DNA from: Dictyostelium discoideum
Taxonomy: Eukaryota
NCBI GenBank assembly: GCA_000004695.1
Contig: CM000154.2
Span: forward strand, 1,024,001 to 1,088,000
DNA length: 64,000 nucleotides
Direction of reading: 5' to 3'
Below the pieces are notes generated by a model. That model saw only the letters and a program-made list of their open reading frames with translations. It did no database searches and had not been told where the DNA came from. The position numbers and the translations under genes are program-made. Positions 25,856 through 41,000 of the stretch are shown here, one piece after another; the stretch's first letter is position 1, and each line of letters starts with the position of its first letter.

Positions 25856-25957
25856 TATAGATATAAATATTAGTATTTATTATTTTATAATTTATTAATT
25901 AATTATAAAAGATATTAGTAATATATTAATAATAAAATAAAATTAAAAAATACTTAC

Positions 25958-26410
25958 GGAGAACCAACAACAGTTTTTTGTTTAAAACCAGTATTTACAA
26001 GGATTGCAGAAACACCAAAATCAGCCAATTTAGCTTGACCCAGTTTATTTACCAAGACATTACCAGCTTTAATATCACGATGTAAAATTTTATTTGAATG
26101 AAGATATACAAGACCCTCTACTATTTGATAGAGTATGGCAGCGATTTGTGCCTCTGTAAGTGTTATGGAACACATTTGCATTATATCTAAAATACTACCA
26201 CCATCACAATATTCCATAACAATCATTAGATTATTCTCTTTTATATAACAACCATGGTATTTGACAATGTATGGACAACGAACTGTATTCTTTAAAATTG
26301 TAATCTCTTTCTTTAATGAAGAATTCTCTTCTCCTTCCATCTCTAAAAATTTAATTGCCACAACTTCATTATTAACTGTATTTATACACGTACATACAAC
26401 TCCAAATGAT
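25958..26410 (-). CDS. STE20-family kinase exon 2 (subdomains I-VIII)
   Basis: SFGVV...VAIK...HRDIKAGNVLV...LADFGVS...VVGSP. Matches human MST1 motifs (HRDIKAGNILLN, TLTEDEIATIL). Donor CC|GTAAGT. Confidence 0.85.
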
Positions 26411-26519
26411 CTGATCATAATAATTTATATATATATACTTATTAATATTTGATAATATATATTTTATTTTATTTTATTTTATTTTTTTATTTTTTTTATT
26501 TATATTATATATATATTAC

Positions 26520-26608
26520 CCTTGACCAATAACTTCTAAAACTCTAAATAATTGTTCTGGATCTTCTTCTGAGATTTCAGATTTCATAGTTTTATCTACA
26601 TTATCCAT
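26520..26608 (-). CDS. STE20-family (MST1/2 Hippo-like, GCK-II) Ser/Thr kinase exon 1
   Basis: MDNVDKTMKSEISEEDPEQLFRVLEVIGQG. Donor GG|GTAATA is in phase 2. Confidence 0.85.
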
Positions 26609-26937
26609 TTTTTTCTTTTATTTGTTTATTTTATAGATTAAAATAATTTTTAATAAACTTATTTTTATTATTATTTCTTCTTTTCCTAAAAATTCTGTTT
26701 TTTTCTTATTTTTTTTTTTTATGTAAACTTTTTAAATATTTATAATGTTAAAATTTTTTTTATTTTTTTTTATTTTTTTTCTTCTAGTACTGATATATTT
26801 TGTATTGGTATTATTATAATTATATAAATTGTAAGAGTGCGTTTTGTGGGTGTGATTTTTTTTTTTATTATTTTTTTTAGTTAATTGCAATTTTAAAAAA
26901 CTTTTTTTTTTTTTATTTTGAAATTTTTACATATAAT

Positions 26938-26977
<40 letters not shown>

Positions 26978-27211
26978 AAAATTAAAAAAAAAAAAAAAAC
27001 ATTTTTTAGCAGGCGCCGCTGTCCAATCTGATTTTGAATGGCTTGACAAAGATAGATATTTTACAAAATTTCAAGTTTCAGAAAAAAAAAAAATTAAAAA
27101 AAATAAAAAAAATTAAAAAATAAATAACAAAAATCATATGCACTTAGACACTTTTTTTTTTTTTCTTTTTTTTTTTTTCTTTTTTTTTTTTTTTATGTAT
27201 ATATATTTATT

Positions 27212-27488
27212 TTATTCTTGCGATGGTTGATTATCTTGAGTTATTGTGTCGTTAGTATTATTGTCGACAGTTTCGTCAGGTGTTGAGGTTGTTGTTTGAT
27301 CTTCAGGTTTTACTCTTATTGGAGGTCTTTTTGTGATTTTAGTGGTTGGAGTTAAAGATGGTGGTAATATATTTGATGGAATTGGTGTTTGGGCAGTTTT
27401 TAATCTTAATCTTTTCTTTGGTTGGTTTGGTGTCGTGACGGTGGTTGTTGTTGGAATTGGAGTTGGAGTGGTTGGAATTGTAGTATTG

Positions 27489-27553
<65 letters not shown>

Positions 27554-30500
27554 GTTAGTAGTGGTGGTGGTTGATTCACCTCCAATAGTTGAGGCAGTAG
27601 TATTTGGAGTTGAAGATGGTGAGCTTGAAATTGATTGACTTTCGTTGGTATTATTATTTTCATCAATCATTTGATTTTCATCATCTTGGTTGATTGAATC
27701 ATCGATTTCACCTTCTTCATCCAACTTATCGGTATCATTAGAATCATCTATCTCACCTTCATCATCAGAGATTGTGATTGCAGTTGTTGAACCATCAACC
27801 ATCTTTTGTTTCTTTGATGTATGTACTGATTCTTCCAATTCTTCAGCATTTTCATCATCATCTATTATATTTGAATCATCATTTGTAAGTATTGGTGATT
27901 CTGGTTGAATATCAGTGGTTGAAGTTGTTCCAACTGATTCAGTATTGGTTGCAGGTGTAATTTGAGTTGGTGTACTGGTAGTAGCGATAGTTGGAGTAAA
28001 TAATGATGATTGTTGACCAAATATAGATGGTTGTGAAGAGAAAATACTTGGTGTTGGTGTTATGGTGGCAGTGGTTGAGATTGATTGTGGTGAAAGTACA
28101 GGGGTTTGTTTAAAGATTGCTGGGGTTGGGGTAGTTGGAATGGCAGGTGAAGTAACAGTGGTAGTAGTTGGAGTAGTGGTTGTGGTAGTATTTGCAACAT
28201 TTGACATATTACTTAAAAATGAAGACATTCCAGGTGTTGGTTGCCTTTTTATGACACGTTTTTTTGGTTGTTCAACTGGTACAGGTGGTGGGATTGGTGT
28301 TGCTATATTAGTGGCGGTTGCTGGTATTATTGTAGTTGAGGTTGTAGTGGTTGGAGTTATAGGGGTTGGAGTAACAGGTGGTGCAAGTATATTTGTAGTG
28401 GTTGGAGTAGTTGGAGTTGAAACAACAGTTGGAGTGGTATTATTATTATTATTATTAATATTATTGGCATTATTTAAAGCTGAAGCTTTTTTCATTGATT
28501 CAAAAACTTTTAATTTTGATTTTGCTTCATCAGTTAATTTTTTATAATCATCAGCTAGTTTCTTATAATCCTCAGCTAATTTTCTAGTATCTTCTAATTG
28601 TTTCTTTAATGCTTCAATTTCTTCATTATTTGCCTGTTGTTGTTGAATTTGTTGTTTATTGGCTTGTTTATTTGCGTTGGCGATTTGAATTTTCTTTCTT
28701 AATTCTTGATTCTCTTTAAGAGTTTGTTCATTGGTTGCTGTGTTTGAATCCAATTGTTGTTTTGTGGTTGAAAATAATTCCTTTTGTTGAGTTAACGATT
28801 GATCCAATTCTAATTTATCTTTTTTGAATTTTACAGCTTCTTCTTTCCAATGTTTGGTATGTTTCTTTAAGTCTTCATATTGTTTCTTGTTATCCTCCAA
28901 TTGTTTCTTCAAGTCCTCCAATTGTTTCTTCAAATCCTCCAATTGTTGTGTTAATTCTTGATTCTCACGAATTGTAGTTTCATTGGTTTCCAAAAGTTTT
29001 TGATGTACTTCAGGATCGATGGATTGATATTTATTTAATAATTTCTGAACTTTACCAGACCAATTGGTGATTTCAATCTTTTGGGCCTCGATTTCATTGT
29101 GAAGTATTTGATTCTCTGCTAAAAGTTTCTTATTGGATTCGGTTAGAGGTAAGAGATGATCTTGAGATTGTTTTAATTTCTCTTGTAATTCTTGAACTTG
29201 AGCACCCAATTTTCTAGTTTCATCCTTTAACATGATATTACTCTCTTTGAATAGATTCATTTGTTCTAATTGAGCCAACACCTCTTGATGTTTTCTAGTG
29301 CTAACGGTAAGAGTACGCATATTCTCTTGTTCTTCTTGAAGTTTCTTTGTGACGGTTTCAATTGCTTTTTGATTGGCAGCGATGGTTGATTTCAAACGAA
29401 TATTCTCTTGTTGCAATGATTCATTCTTAACTTCGGTGATCTTTTGTTCTCTTGCTTGAACTTGAACCAATTCCTTGAGATTATTAATTTCATCCTCACT
29501 AACTTGAACCAAACCATTACCAACACTTGATGATGATGATAATTGACTATATCTATCAATTTGTTGAGTTTGTTGATTAATATTCTCAATTTGACTATGT
29601 AATAAATTATTATGATGCTTAAGATCCTTGAGACGTTCTTCCAATTCTTGAATTTGTTGTTTCAACAATTGCTCTTGTTGAATCCAAGATTGTTTGGCTT
29701 GTTCCAATTCTTGAGAGTTTGAATCAATCTTTATTTGCATTTGGTTAATGGTTTTTCTAGCTTCTACCAAATCATCTCTAAGCTTTGGAAGTACTTTAAT
29801 ATCCTCAGCATGTAACACAACCTCACGTTCATAGTTTTCAGTTGCTTTTCTACAAAGTTGATGTTGTAATTTAGCTTCATCCAATGCCAATTGTTGATCT
29901 TTTGTCAATTGTTGAATCTTTTCATAGAGTTGTTGTTTTTCAGCCAAAATTGAATCCTTCTCTGCAATGATTGAATTAATATCCTTTTGATGGCTTGAAG
30001 AGAAGTTTTCTAATTTCTCCAATTTAATTTGTTGTTCTTTAATAGTTTCTTGACTTTTAGCTAATTCTGCTTGTGCATCTTTTAATCTTTCCTCTAATTC
30101 TACCTTTGTTTTTGTATATTCTTCTTTTAATTGTGATAAATCATTTTCATTTGAAATTGCAATACTCTTATAATGAACAATATTATCTTTTTCTTGTGCT
30201 AATAAATCCTTTAAACTTTCAATTTCAGATTTAGCAAGTGATAAATCTAAATTATCTTGTTGTTGTTGTTGTTGTTGTTGTAGTTTTTGTTGTTGATTAT
30301 TATTATTATTATTATTAGTTGATAAAGTAGAAGAAGTAGTTGGTGAAATTGTTAATTGATTTGATTGAGTTCTTTCAATTATAGTATTATATCTTAATTC
30401 TGATTGATTTAATTGATTTTCTAAAAATGTAATCTTTTGTAGTAAAGTTTGTTCAGAAACTTTTAATTTAATGATAGATTCTTTAAGATCTGATAATTCT

Positions 30501-31225
30501 TTTTCTTTCTTTTCGAAACGTTCACGAGATTCATTGATTTGATGAGTCATTGCTATTGAGGTTTCTTTATGTTGTTGTTTCTCTTGATCCAATTCTTTCT
30601 TTAATTGAATACGTTGAGTTTCCAAAAGAGTTAAATCATTCTCAATTCTTCTTCTTAGTTCTGTCTCTGAGGATTCTTTTGAGGCATTCAATTGATTAAC
30701 TTTATCCAATAGATTTTCAATTGAAAGTTTCTCCAATGATAAAGTTTTGTTCATTTCAATTAAACGTTCTTCAGATGCACGAATTAATTGATTCTCACCT
30801 TTAATATTTGATAAACGTAGTTCAGCTTGTGATTTAAATTCCTCTGAACGTGAAAGTTGTGAATTTAAATTCTCAATGGATTGTTGATGTCTAACAACGG
30901 CATCCATTAATTCTTGATTCTTTTTACGATATTGTTCCAAATCTTGTGATTGATTCTTAACACTATCGGTTGAAATTTGTAATCTCTCCTTAAAGATTGT
31001 ATTTTCACTTTGAATTTGTGAGATTTGAATCTTTAATGAAGTGTTTTGTTCTCTCATTTGTTCAATCTTTCCTAATAATTCCTTATCACTAATTGATCTA
31101 TCCTTCATAACTTGTTCATAATCTTTTTGAAGTAATTGATATGATTGTTTAATCTTTTCTAATTCTTGTGTTAAAATTTCATTTGATTGTTGTTGTTGAA
31201 TTAATGTTGAAGATGATAATAATGA

Positions 31226-31261
<36 letters not shown>

Positions 31262-32692
31262 TTTAATACTATTATTGAAACTATCATTCATACTATTATT
31301 ATTATTATTATTTTTATTGATACTACCATTCATACTACTATCATTTAACATACCATTTGTTGAAGATGATAAATCTGATAATGTCATCATACCACCACTA
31401 CTGCTATTATTGTTGTTATTATTACCCACTTGATTAATTGGTTGAGAATTTGGAGAACTTACATTTTTATAATGATCTCTTTGTTTAACTAATGATTGAA
31501 TCATTTCAGCTTGACGTTCTCTTGCAGTCTTAAGATGATCCAATTCTTTCAAAGCCATTTCAAGTTTTTTATCATTTTCATTATGAGATTGAATATCTTG
31601 AGAAAGGATTCTAATTTGTCTAAGAAGATCTTGATTTCTTAATTGAAGTTCTTCAATGTTTGTAAAAGTAATTAATGAATCTGGTATGATTGAATCATCT
31701 GATGAGGTTGAGGTTGAATTATTTAATACACTATTTCCAAATAATGTTGATTGCTGACCATTAAATTGTGATTTATTTAATTGTGATTGTGATTGTAATT
31801 GTTTCTTTTCCAAAGCTTCTTGTAATAAACATCTAATTTGTTTTTGAAGATCGTTTATCTCTTGTTTCAATTTATTATTTTCTGATGATATGGTGGTGAC
31901 TTTTAATGATAATGTTTCCTTTTGAGATTGTAATTGTTGATAACTATTTAAGAGTTTCTCTTGACTCTTCAAGAGACGTTGATATTCACGATTTTGCTCA
32001 TGAATTAATGGTGCCTTCTTTTCGACCTCTCTCAAGATATGTGAGAGATGATCTTGGACGTAACGTTTCTCTTTCTTTTCATTCAATGCAATCTTTGTGA
32101 GATCATCATATCTTTGAATCATATCCAATAATTCCCTACGTAATTCATCACGACTACCCAATGTGGTTGCATCTGATAATCTCTCCTTTACAGTATCTGA
32201 AAGTATTGGTATATCCATTTGTGATAAATCAGATGAGGAACCAACGCCATTGAATGATTGATTTTGAGCGTTGGCTTGGGTATGTTGTTTAAATTCATCA
32301 AATTCCTTTATCACTTTTTGATAGTCTGCCTCTAAAATATCGTATGCTTCCTCCATTTTATGATATGCATCTTCATGTTCCTTTCTAAGTTTTTTATCTG
32401 CTTCCTTTAATGCATCCAATCTATTTTGTAATAATGTCACCTTTTTACTAGATTCCTCTGATCTCTCTTGGTAAAGTGATGCTAAATTCTTTTGAGAATT
32501 TAATTCTGTCTCGAATGAACTTGTCATTTGAACCTTTTCCGTTGTAATCTTTTTAATCTCTTCATTCAATTGTTGATTTTTCTTTTCAAGTTCACTAGTT
32601 TGTTTCTTTAAATTTTGATTAATTTGATTCAATTTTAATATTTCATCTGCTTGATTTTCATTTTTTAATTTTAATTCTAAATTAAATGATTT
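27212..32692 (-). CDS. TPR/Mlp-like exon 4 (5.5 kb: coiled coil, Thr/Pro-rich region, acidic C-terminal region), includes stop
   Basis: Acceptor TATATTAG at 32694-32693. Conserved TPR blocks: LREVEKKAPLIHEQNREYQRL (human [21 protein letters not shown]), TNIEELQLRNQDLL (human YRNIEELQQQNQRLL) and YEREVVLHAEDIKVL (human YERELMLHAADVEAL). Total is about 2052 aa. Confidence 0.85.
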
Positions 32693-32697
32693 CTAAT

Positions 32698-32728
<31 letters not shown>

Positions 32729-32777
32729 TTATTAATAGATTTTAAAAAAAAAATTATTATTATCATCATTTACTTAC

Positions 32778-33166
32778 TAATTCTTTAATTTCATTAAATA
32801 AATTATTTGTAGTTTGTTTTTGACTATCTTCTAAAAATGTTGTTTGTTTTCTTAATTCATTAACTTCTTGTTTTAAACGTTGAATTTGGAATTCATTTGA
32901 TGAATTTTCATTCTCTACAGTGATCAATTTTGATTTTAAATCAGATTTCTCTTTAATAAATTCATTTAATCTTTCGGTTAATTTTGATACTGTTTCTGTC
33001 TCTTCTTTTAAATCTTTTTCTTTTCTTTCTATTATTGAATGAAGATTTGATTTCTCTTGTTGTAATTCATCTATAAATCTATTTAATGTATTTGATTTTG
33101 ATTCTCTTTCAATTGATAATTCTTTATATTTATGTAAATCTATATTAAGTTCTTCATTTTTTTGAG
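32778..33166 (-). CDS. TPR/Mlp-like exon 3
   Basis: Acceptor TAATAATAG. Coiled coil. Donor GTAAGT is in phase 0. Confidence 0.8.
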
Positions 33167-33265
33167 CTATTATTACCCCACATTATAAATTAGTTTTTTT
33201 GTTTTTTTTTTTTTTTTTTTTTTTTTAATTTTTTTATTTTATTTTAATCAATATTTGAGACATAC

Positions 33266-33370
33266 TTAATGATTGTAAATCTTTTTTAATTGTAATATTT
33301 TGTTTATTTAATTGCTCAACATCTTTTTTGGAATCCATATAATCTTTTTCTAATTGTTGAAATAATTGCT
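33266..33370 (-). CDS. TPR/Mlp-like exon 2
   Basis: Acceptor TTTTTCAG. QQLFQQLEKDYMDSKKDVEQLNKQ. Donor A|GTATGT. Confidence 0.75.
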
Positions 33371-33464
33371 CTGAAAAAAAATAATAAAAAATAAAGTAAA
33401 TAAGAAATATTAGTAATGTGATTTTAATTTTAATTTCTATTTTTATTATAGTTATTTTACATAC

Positions 33465-33648
33465 GAGAATTTGTAACTTCAACTTGAGATTTGGCTTGAA
33501 TTGATTCTAAGGTTTGATTTAATTGCCTAATTTTAAATTCAGCTTTTAATATGATACCAATCGGATTCGTTGCAATGAATTGATTGTATTCATCTCTTGA
33601 TAAAAAACTACAACTCCATTGATTATTTGAATCACTAACAGATGTCAT
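33465..33648 (-). CDS. Nucleoprotein TPR / Mlp1-like nuclear pore basket protein exon 1
   Basis: ATG at 33648. Donor C|GTATGT is in phase 1. The N-terminus aligns with the human TPR N-terminal coiled coil. Confidence 0.75.
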
Positions 33649-34235
33649 TTTTCAATGGTAATATGTATGTTTTTATTTTATTTTATTTTTTTTATTGGGT
33701 ATTATTGTTTTATTGTTGATTATTATTTTATTGTCTATTTAATTCTATTTATGTTTGTGAAAGATTTTAATCTAAATAAAAGTTTTTTATTTTTATATTT
33801 TTTTAAGTTTTAAGCTTTACTTTTTCTTAAATATTATAAATAGTACAAAACCCGAAATTGTTTATATATAAACAAATAAATGAAATGCAACAACTATAAA
33901 AAAAATAAAAAAAAAAAATAAAAAAATAGAAAAATAAAAAAAAATTTTTTAAAAAGTTCAAAAAAAAATTTTTTTTTTTATTTTTATTTTTTTGTTGAAA
34001 CTTCAAATAAATAAATTTTGATTTTCACCTATTTCATTTTTTTTATTATTTTTTTTTATTTTTAATATTCTTAATTAATTAATAAATGTATGGAACCAAA
34101 GTAAATATATTTTTTAAATAATTACCATTCCAATCTATTTTTTTTCTTTGAATCTAATTTATTTTTTTTATTTTTACTTTTTTTTTTTATTTTTTTTTTT
34201 TTTATTTTTTTTTTTTAAATTCAAATTTTTTGTTT

Positions 34236-34271
<36 letters not shown>

Positions 34272-34313
34272 ATTTTTGTGTTTAACAGATAAATAAAATT
34301 GGGCGCTTAAGAA

Positions 34314-34754
34314 ATGATAAATAGTCAACAACATTCAATTAGAAACCAAAAATCAAATATAATTACTATAAATAATATATTCAATAAAATAATTAATTTT
34401 ATTAGTAAACTTTTAAAAATTTCACTTGCCACAATATTTACATTGGTGACGTGGTTAACATTATATCACCTTTTACAATTATTAACATTTTCAACTAAAA
34501 GTGATATTAATAATAATAATCAAAATAATAATAATCAAAATAATAATAATAATGTTACAATTAATTTATTTACTGGTGTACCTACATTTGATCAAATTAA
34601 AGATATATTTTTTAATAGTGTATTAATATCAGTATTTATATTTCAACACAGTTTTATGGCATCAAGTGGCTATAAATCATTTATTTCAAGTTCTAATTTT
34701 TTTCGTCCATTACAAAGATCAATGTATAACTTTTTCACATCATTAACTATTGAG
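34314..34754 (+). CDS. Multi-pass membrane protein, ICMT/PEMT-like (RHP-motif methyltransferase family), exon 1
   Basis: ATG at 34314. TM segments. Donor GTAACA is in phase 0. Confidence 0.5.
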
Positions 34755-34846
34755 GTAACAAATAATTTTTTTAAATTTTTTTTTTTTTTTTTTTTTTAAA
34801 TTATTTTAGAAACTAACCAGTTTTATTTTTATTTTTATTTTTAAAG

Positions 34847-35005
34847 TTTATGATTTCAAATTGGCAATCGGTTAATTCATTCATAATATGGGATTTATCA
34901 AAGTATGAATCAAATTTATCAACTTTAAAAACAATATTTTTAATTATAATTTTATTTGAATTTTTTTTATTTTTAAACTTTTTCGAATTCTTTGGAATTT
35001 CACAG
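34847..35005 (+). CDS. ICMT/PEMT-like membrane protein exon 2
   Basis: Acceptor TTTTAAAG and donor GTAAGT. Hydrophobic throughout. Confidence 0.5.
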
Positions 35006-35082
35006 GTAAGTAATAATTAATTAACTATAAATAAATGAATATGTTTATGAAATACTAATAATTCCTCCCCACACATATTTAG

Positions 35083-35280
35083 GTTTGGAGTCATTGCATA
35101 AAAAATAAAGAATATGAATTACCAATTGAAGAAAAGAATAGATTATATTCAATTATGAGGCATCCAAATACAGTTTCATTATTAATAATAATTTGGTTTT
35201 CACCAATAAGAATGACATTGGATTTATTTACTGTTTGCACATTCTTTACATTTTATTTATTGTGTGGTAATTCAAAATGA
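35083..35280 (+). CDS. ICMT/PEMT-like membrane protein exon 3, includes stop
   Basis: KNKEYELPIEEKNRLYSIMRHPNTVSLLIIIWFSP. The EE...RHP motif pairing is characteristic of ICMT/PEMT-class membrane methyltransferases. The family assignment is tentative. Confidence 0.45.
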   Translation, partial: VWSHCIKNKEYELPIEEKNRLYSIMRHPNTVSLLIIIWFSPIRMTLDLFTVCTFFTFYLLCGNSK

Positions 35281-35597
35281 TAATTATCACTATTTTTTCC
35301 AAAAAAAGTAAAAAAAAAAAAAAAAAAGAAAACTTGTAAATAAGAAAAAAAAAAAAAAAGGATTAATAAAATGAAAAAAAAAAAAAAAAAAAGAAATTAT
35401 TTATTAAATTTTATATTTCAATCATATTATTGAAAATAATAAAGGATGTACATTATTTATTAATTATTATTATTATTTTTTTTTTTTTGTTATTTTTTTC
35501 TTGGTTATTTTTTTTTCTATTTTTTTTTTTTCTTGGTTATGTTTTTTTTTACTTTTTTTTTTTCCTTTTTTTTTTTTTATATTTTTTATATTTATTA

Positions 35598-37493
<1,896 letters not shown>

Positions 37494-38378
37494 TTTTTTT
37501 TTTTTTTGAATACTTTTATATTTATATTTTTATATGTTTTATTTATTTAATTAATTTTCTTTGTTTTGGTTTTTTTTTGTTATTTATTTTTATTATTATT
37601 GAATGTTTTAATGTTAAAAAAAAATGTATATAAAAAAAAAAAAGTGTTTATATGTGAAAAATATTTATTATATATGTATTTTTTTTTTTTATATAATTTT
37701 TATAAGAGATTTTATTTGTACACTATTATATAATATTACGATTAATTTATTATTTTTTTTTTTTTTTTTGGGAATAAATATAAAAAAAAATTAAAAAATT
37801 AAAAAATTAAAATTAAATTAAAAATCAAAAATTAAAAAAAAAAAATAAAAAAATAAAAATTAAAAATTAAAAAATAAAAATTAAAAATTAAAAAAAAAAA
37901 AAAAAAAATTAATATTTTATAAAATTCTTGTTTTTTTTGATAATCTGAAATGGTTTATTAAATATCAATACATTTTCAAATTTATTAAATAATAAATCAA
38001 TTAAATATTTATATTTATATGGTGATAGTGATTTCATTGTTTACTCATTAAAACCAATTGATGATGGCGATGATGATGGTAGAGAATTACATAAAGAATC
38101 AAGAACTATTTCATATAATCAATATTTATTTGAAAATATATTTTCATCACCATTAACATCAATTAGACATTATAGGATTACAATCAAAGAATCAAATCAA
38201 TTAAAATTCATATTTAATTTAATATTAAATAACATTAATTTATTTAATATTAAATAATATTAATAATTTTAATTAAAATTATATTCATTAATATTTGAAT
38301 TCAATCGAAACGAATTGGTTTGTGAATTTGTTAAAGAATTTAAAAATTTAATAAACAATATTTCAATACAACAAGAGC

Positions 38379-38455
<77 letters not shown>

Positions 38456-39203
38456 AAATCAAAATCGAACATGGTGAATATATTGAAGAATTAGGTAATC
38501 TCAATAATCCATATTTCACAACAGTAATAAAGAAAATGTGTAGATGTTATAAAAATAAATATATAAATAATATATAAATAAATTTAATTAAAGAAAAAAA
38601 TTAGTAGTGGTTGATAATGATGCAGCATGAGTAGTTGAAGTGTTTAGGAAAGTTGTATAGATACCAAATGGTGCGAATAATGTTGTTTAGTTTGTTGAAT
38701 TAATATATGATTGAATTTGTATACTTTTAGTATTCTACTTTTCAAATAAATTTAATAAATAATAATATAATTTATTTATTTTTATTTGTTTTTTTTTATA
38801 ATTTATTAATTTACTTTTTTATTCACTTTTTTTTTTTAATTGAAAATAATCCAATCCGTTACAACATAAAAATGTTTTTTATTTGTTTTTTTTATTTATT
38901 TTTATTTATTTTAAAATGTAATAGTAGGGCAATATATGAAATAAATAAAATGGAAATAGTAGGGCAATATAATTAATTATATTGAAGATAGTGTAATTTG
39001 AAAAAAAAAAAAAAATTGAAAAAAAAAAAATTAAAAAAAAAAAAAAAAAAACAAATATAATAAATAAATTAAAAATGATTTGGATTTTATTTATTAGCTC
39101 TTGTTGGATTAAAAATTATCCAAAGTATTAAAAATAAAAATAATTATTCTAGCATGTTTATCTAATTCTGTATATTAAATAATGTTGTAGCTACACAACA
39201 TTT

Positions 39204-39356
39204 TTAGTTAATATCGAAACTAAATATTGATACTGCACTTCCATTTTCTTTCTTTGTACCTGAATGTAATGTCCAAATTGATTTCCCAACATATCCTGTC
39301 ACAATCGGTCCTATATTATATGGGAATGATTTTGATGCTGTTAAGTTTTGTCCCAT
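39204..39356 (-). pseudogene. Isolated N-terminal exon of an SCYL1/Cex1-like (SCY1-like pseudokinase) gene with no continuation
   Basis: MGQNLTASKSFPYNIGPIVTGYVGKSIWTLHSGTKKENGSAVSIFSFDIN aligns with the human SCYL1 N-terminus (DFPFEL...[23 protein letters not shown]). It ends in TAA with no usable GT donor. Codons GGA/GGG/CCG/GTG are atypical for this genome. Confidence 0.4.
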
Positions 39357-39617
39357 TAATTTAAATATATACATTTTTTAAAAGATAAATTATTCTCTTT
39401 ATTTCTCTCTTCGTCATCTTGACTATCAGATTGTGTTGTATCAATCCACTCTGGATCCACGAACCAAAGGGTATATAAAATCTTTTTATTCTTTTGTTTT
39501 GAATTTGAATTTATTGATAATTGTTTTAAACTTTTATTTAACGGTGTATCTTCATCTATTTCTTTATCGTCGTATGCACTCTAATTATTATTATTATTAT
39601 TATTATTATTGTTGTTT

Positions 39618-39673
<56 letters not shown>

Positions 39674-39769
39674 GTTGTTGTTGTTGTTGTTGTTGTTGTT
39701 ATTACTATTATTATTATTATTATTATTATATATTTTTTTTATTTTATTTTATTTTATTTATTTTATTTT

Positions 39770-41000
39770 TTATTCATTAAGATCCATTTCATTTAATTTA
39801 GCAATATCATCTTCATAATCAGAAGCTTCTTTTTCTTCTTCTTCTTCTTTTTCTTCTTCTTCTTCTTCTTCGACAGATTCACAATCAATTTCATCCTCAT
39901 CTAAATCAGATTCAAATTCAATACTTCTTTTTATATTTTCAAAACCATTTTTTAAAAAAACTTCATTTACAGTTTCACCTTTTAAATTTTTAATTTCAAT
40001 AATATGTTTAACGACTTTATTCAACTCGCAATGTGCAGAATTGATTGACGAGTAATTTTCGACAAATTCTGGTGAACAAGAATTGATATCGTCAATTAAG
40101 GTATCAAAGAATTCATCATCAATAAAAGTGTTGAAAAGTTTTAAACAGTTTGTTTCTTTGGTATATTTATTGACCAATTTTAATATATTGGCAATGCCAT
40201 CAAAATAGTAATGAAATAGATTTGCTTGAGCTTGAGCTGTTGAATAATTCTTTTTCAAACAATCAAGACAATCATTCTGTATCAAGTTGAGCAATTGTGG
40301 ATTGGAAGCACCAGTGATAGCGTTAATGATAGCCCAGGTGATTTCACGCTTAGTGTCCATATTGATTATTGGCTTTTTACCGTTTTCAATAGCTCTTTTA
40401 AGCAAAACCTCGTCTAAGACTCTTTGAATTTGACTCGATGGACCACTGGTAATATTTGACAAACACCAATAACCCTCCTTCACCAATGAGGCTTTTGGTG
40501 ATGATAAAAATTTAGGAAACACTTTCAATACATTAGATTGTAACAAAAACTCTGTAACGTCGTCAGGACCCGAGAGCATATTACCAATGGTACGAAATCC
40601 AGGTATATATAATGCAATGACTGTTTTGATCGGATTTGAAAATGATTTCAATGATGATCTGTGCCATTCCCATCGATATGACATTGCTAAAGATCTCTTT
40701 CTCTTCCGGGGTCGACTCAGTCAAGAAACATAACGCCCACAACGCGTCTGACACGATGTCCGCCTCTTTATGCCATGTCAAGAGTAAACTCTTTATGGAT
40801 GGTAATAGTGGCTTAATGAATCTAAATGCTGGACGTGGTGTACCACGACATAGATTACTAATGGTCCAACTTATATTTGAAACTAGTGATTTCTTTGTAT
40901 GAGTTTTCAATATCTCCACCAAATGTGGTACTAGTATACCCTCGTTGAGTATACTATCTCTATGTTGTGATGAATCACATATTATCCCATTATTACTCAT
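39770..41000 (-). pseudogene. Importin-alpha-like ARM-repeat gene copy lacking the IBB and first ARM repeats, with a frameshift near 40630-40650
   Basis: NISWTISNLCRGTPRPAF, IVSDALWALCFLTE and IALYIPGFRTIGNMLSGPDD match importin-alpha ARM3-6 (NATWTLSNLCRN...ALRAIGNIVTG). There is an in-frame stop 3 codons upstream of the first Met. Two overlapping ORFs sit in different frames. Many GC-ending codons (gcg, gac, tcg, ccg, ctc). Confidence 0.5.

Noticed and set aside
27333-28547. Plus-strand ORFs (101-161 aa) rich in V/G/L
   Set aside because: Antisense to the TPR exon 4 coding sequence. Repeat-driven open frames.
38269-38472. Minus-strand 67-aa poly-Cys ORF
   Set aside because: Antisense reading of the (CAA)n tract.
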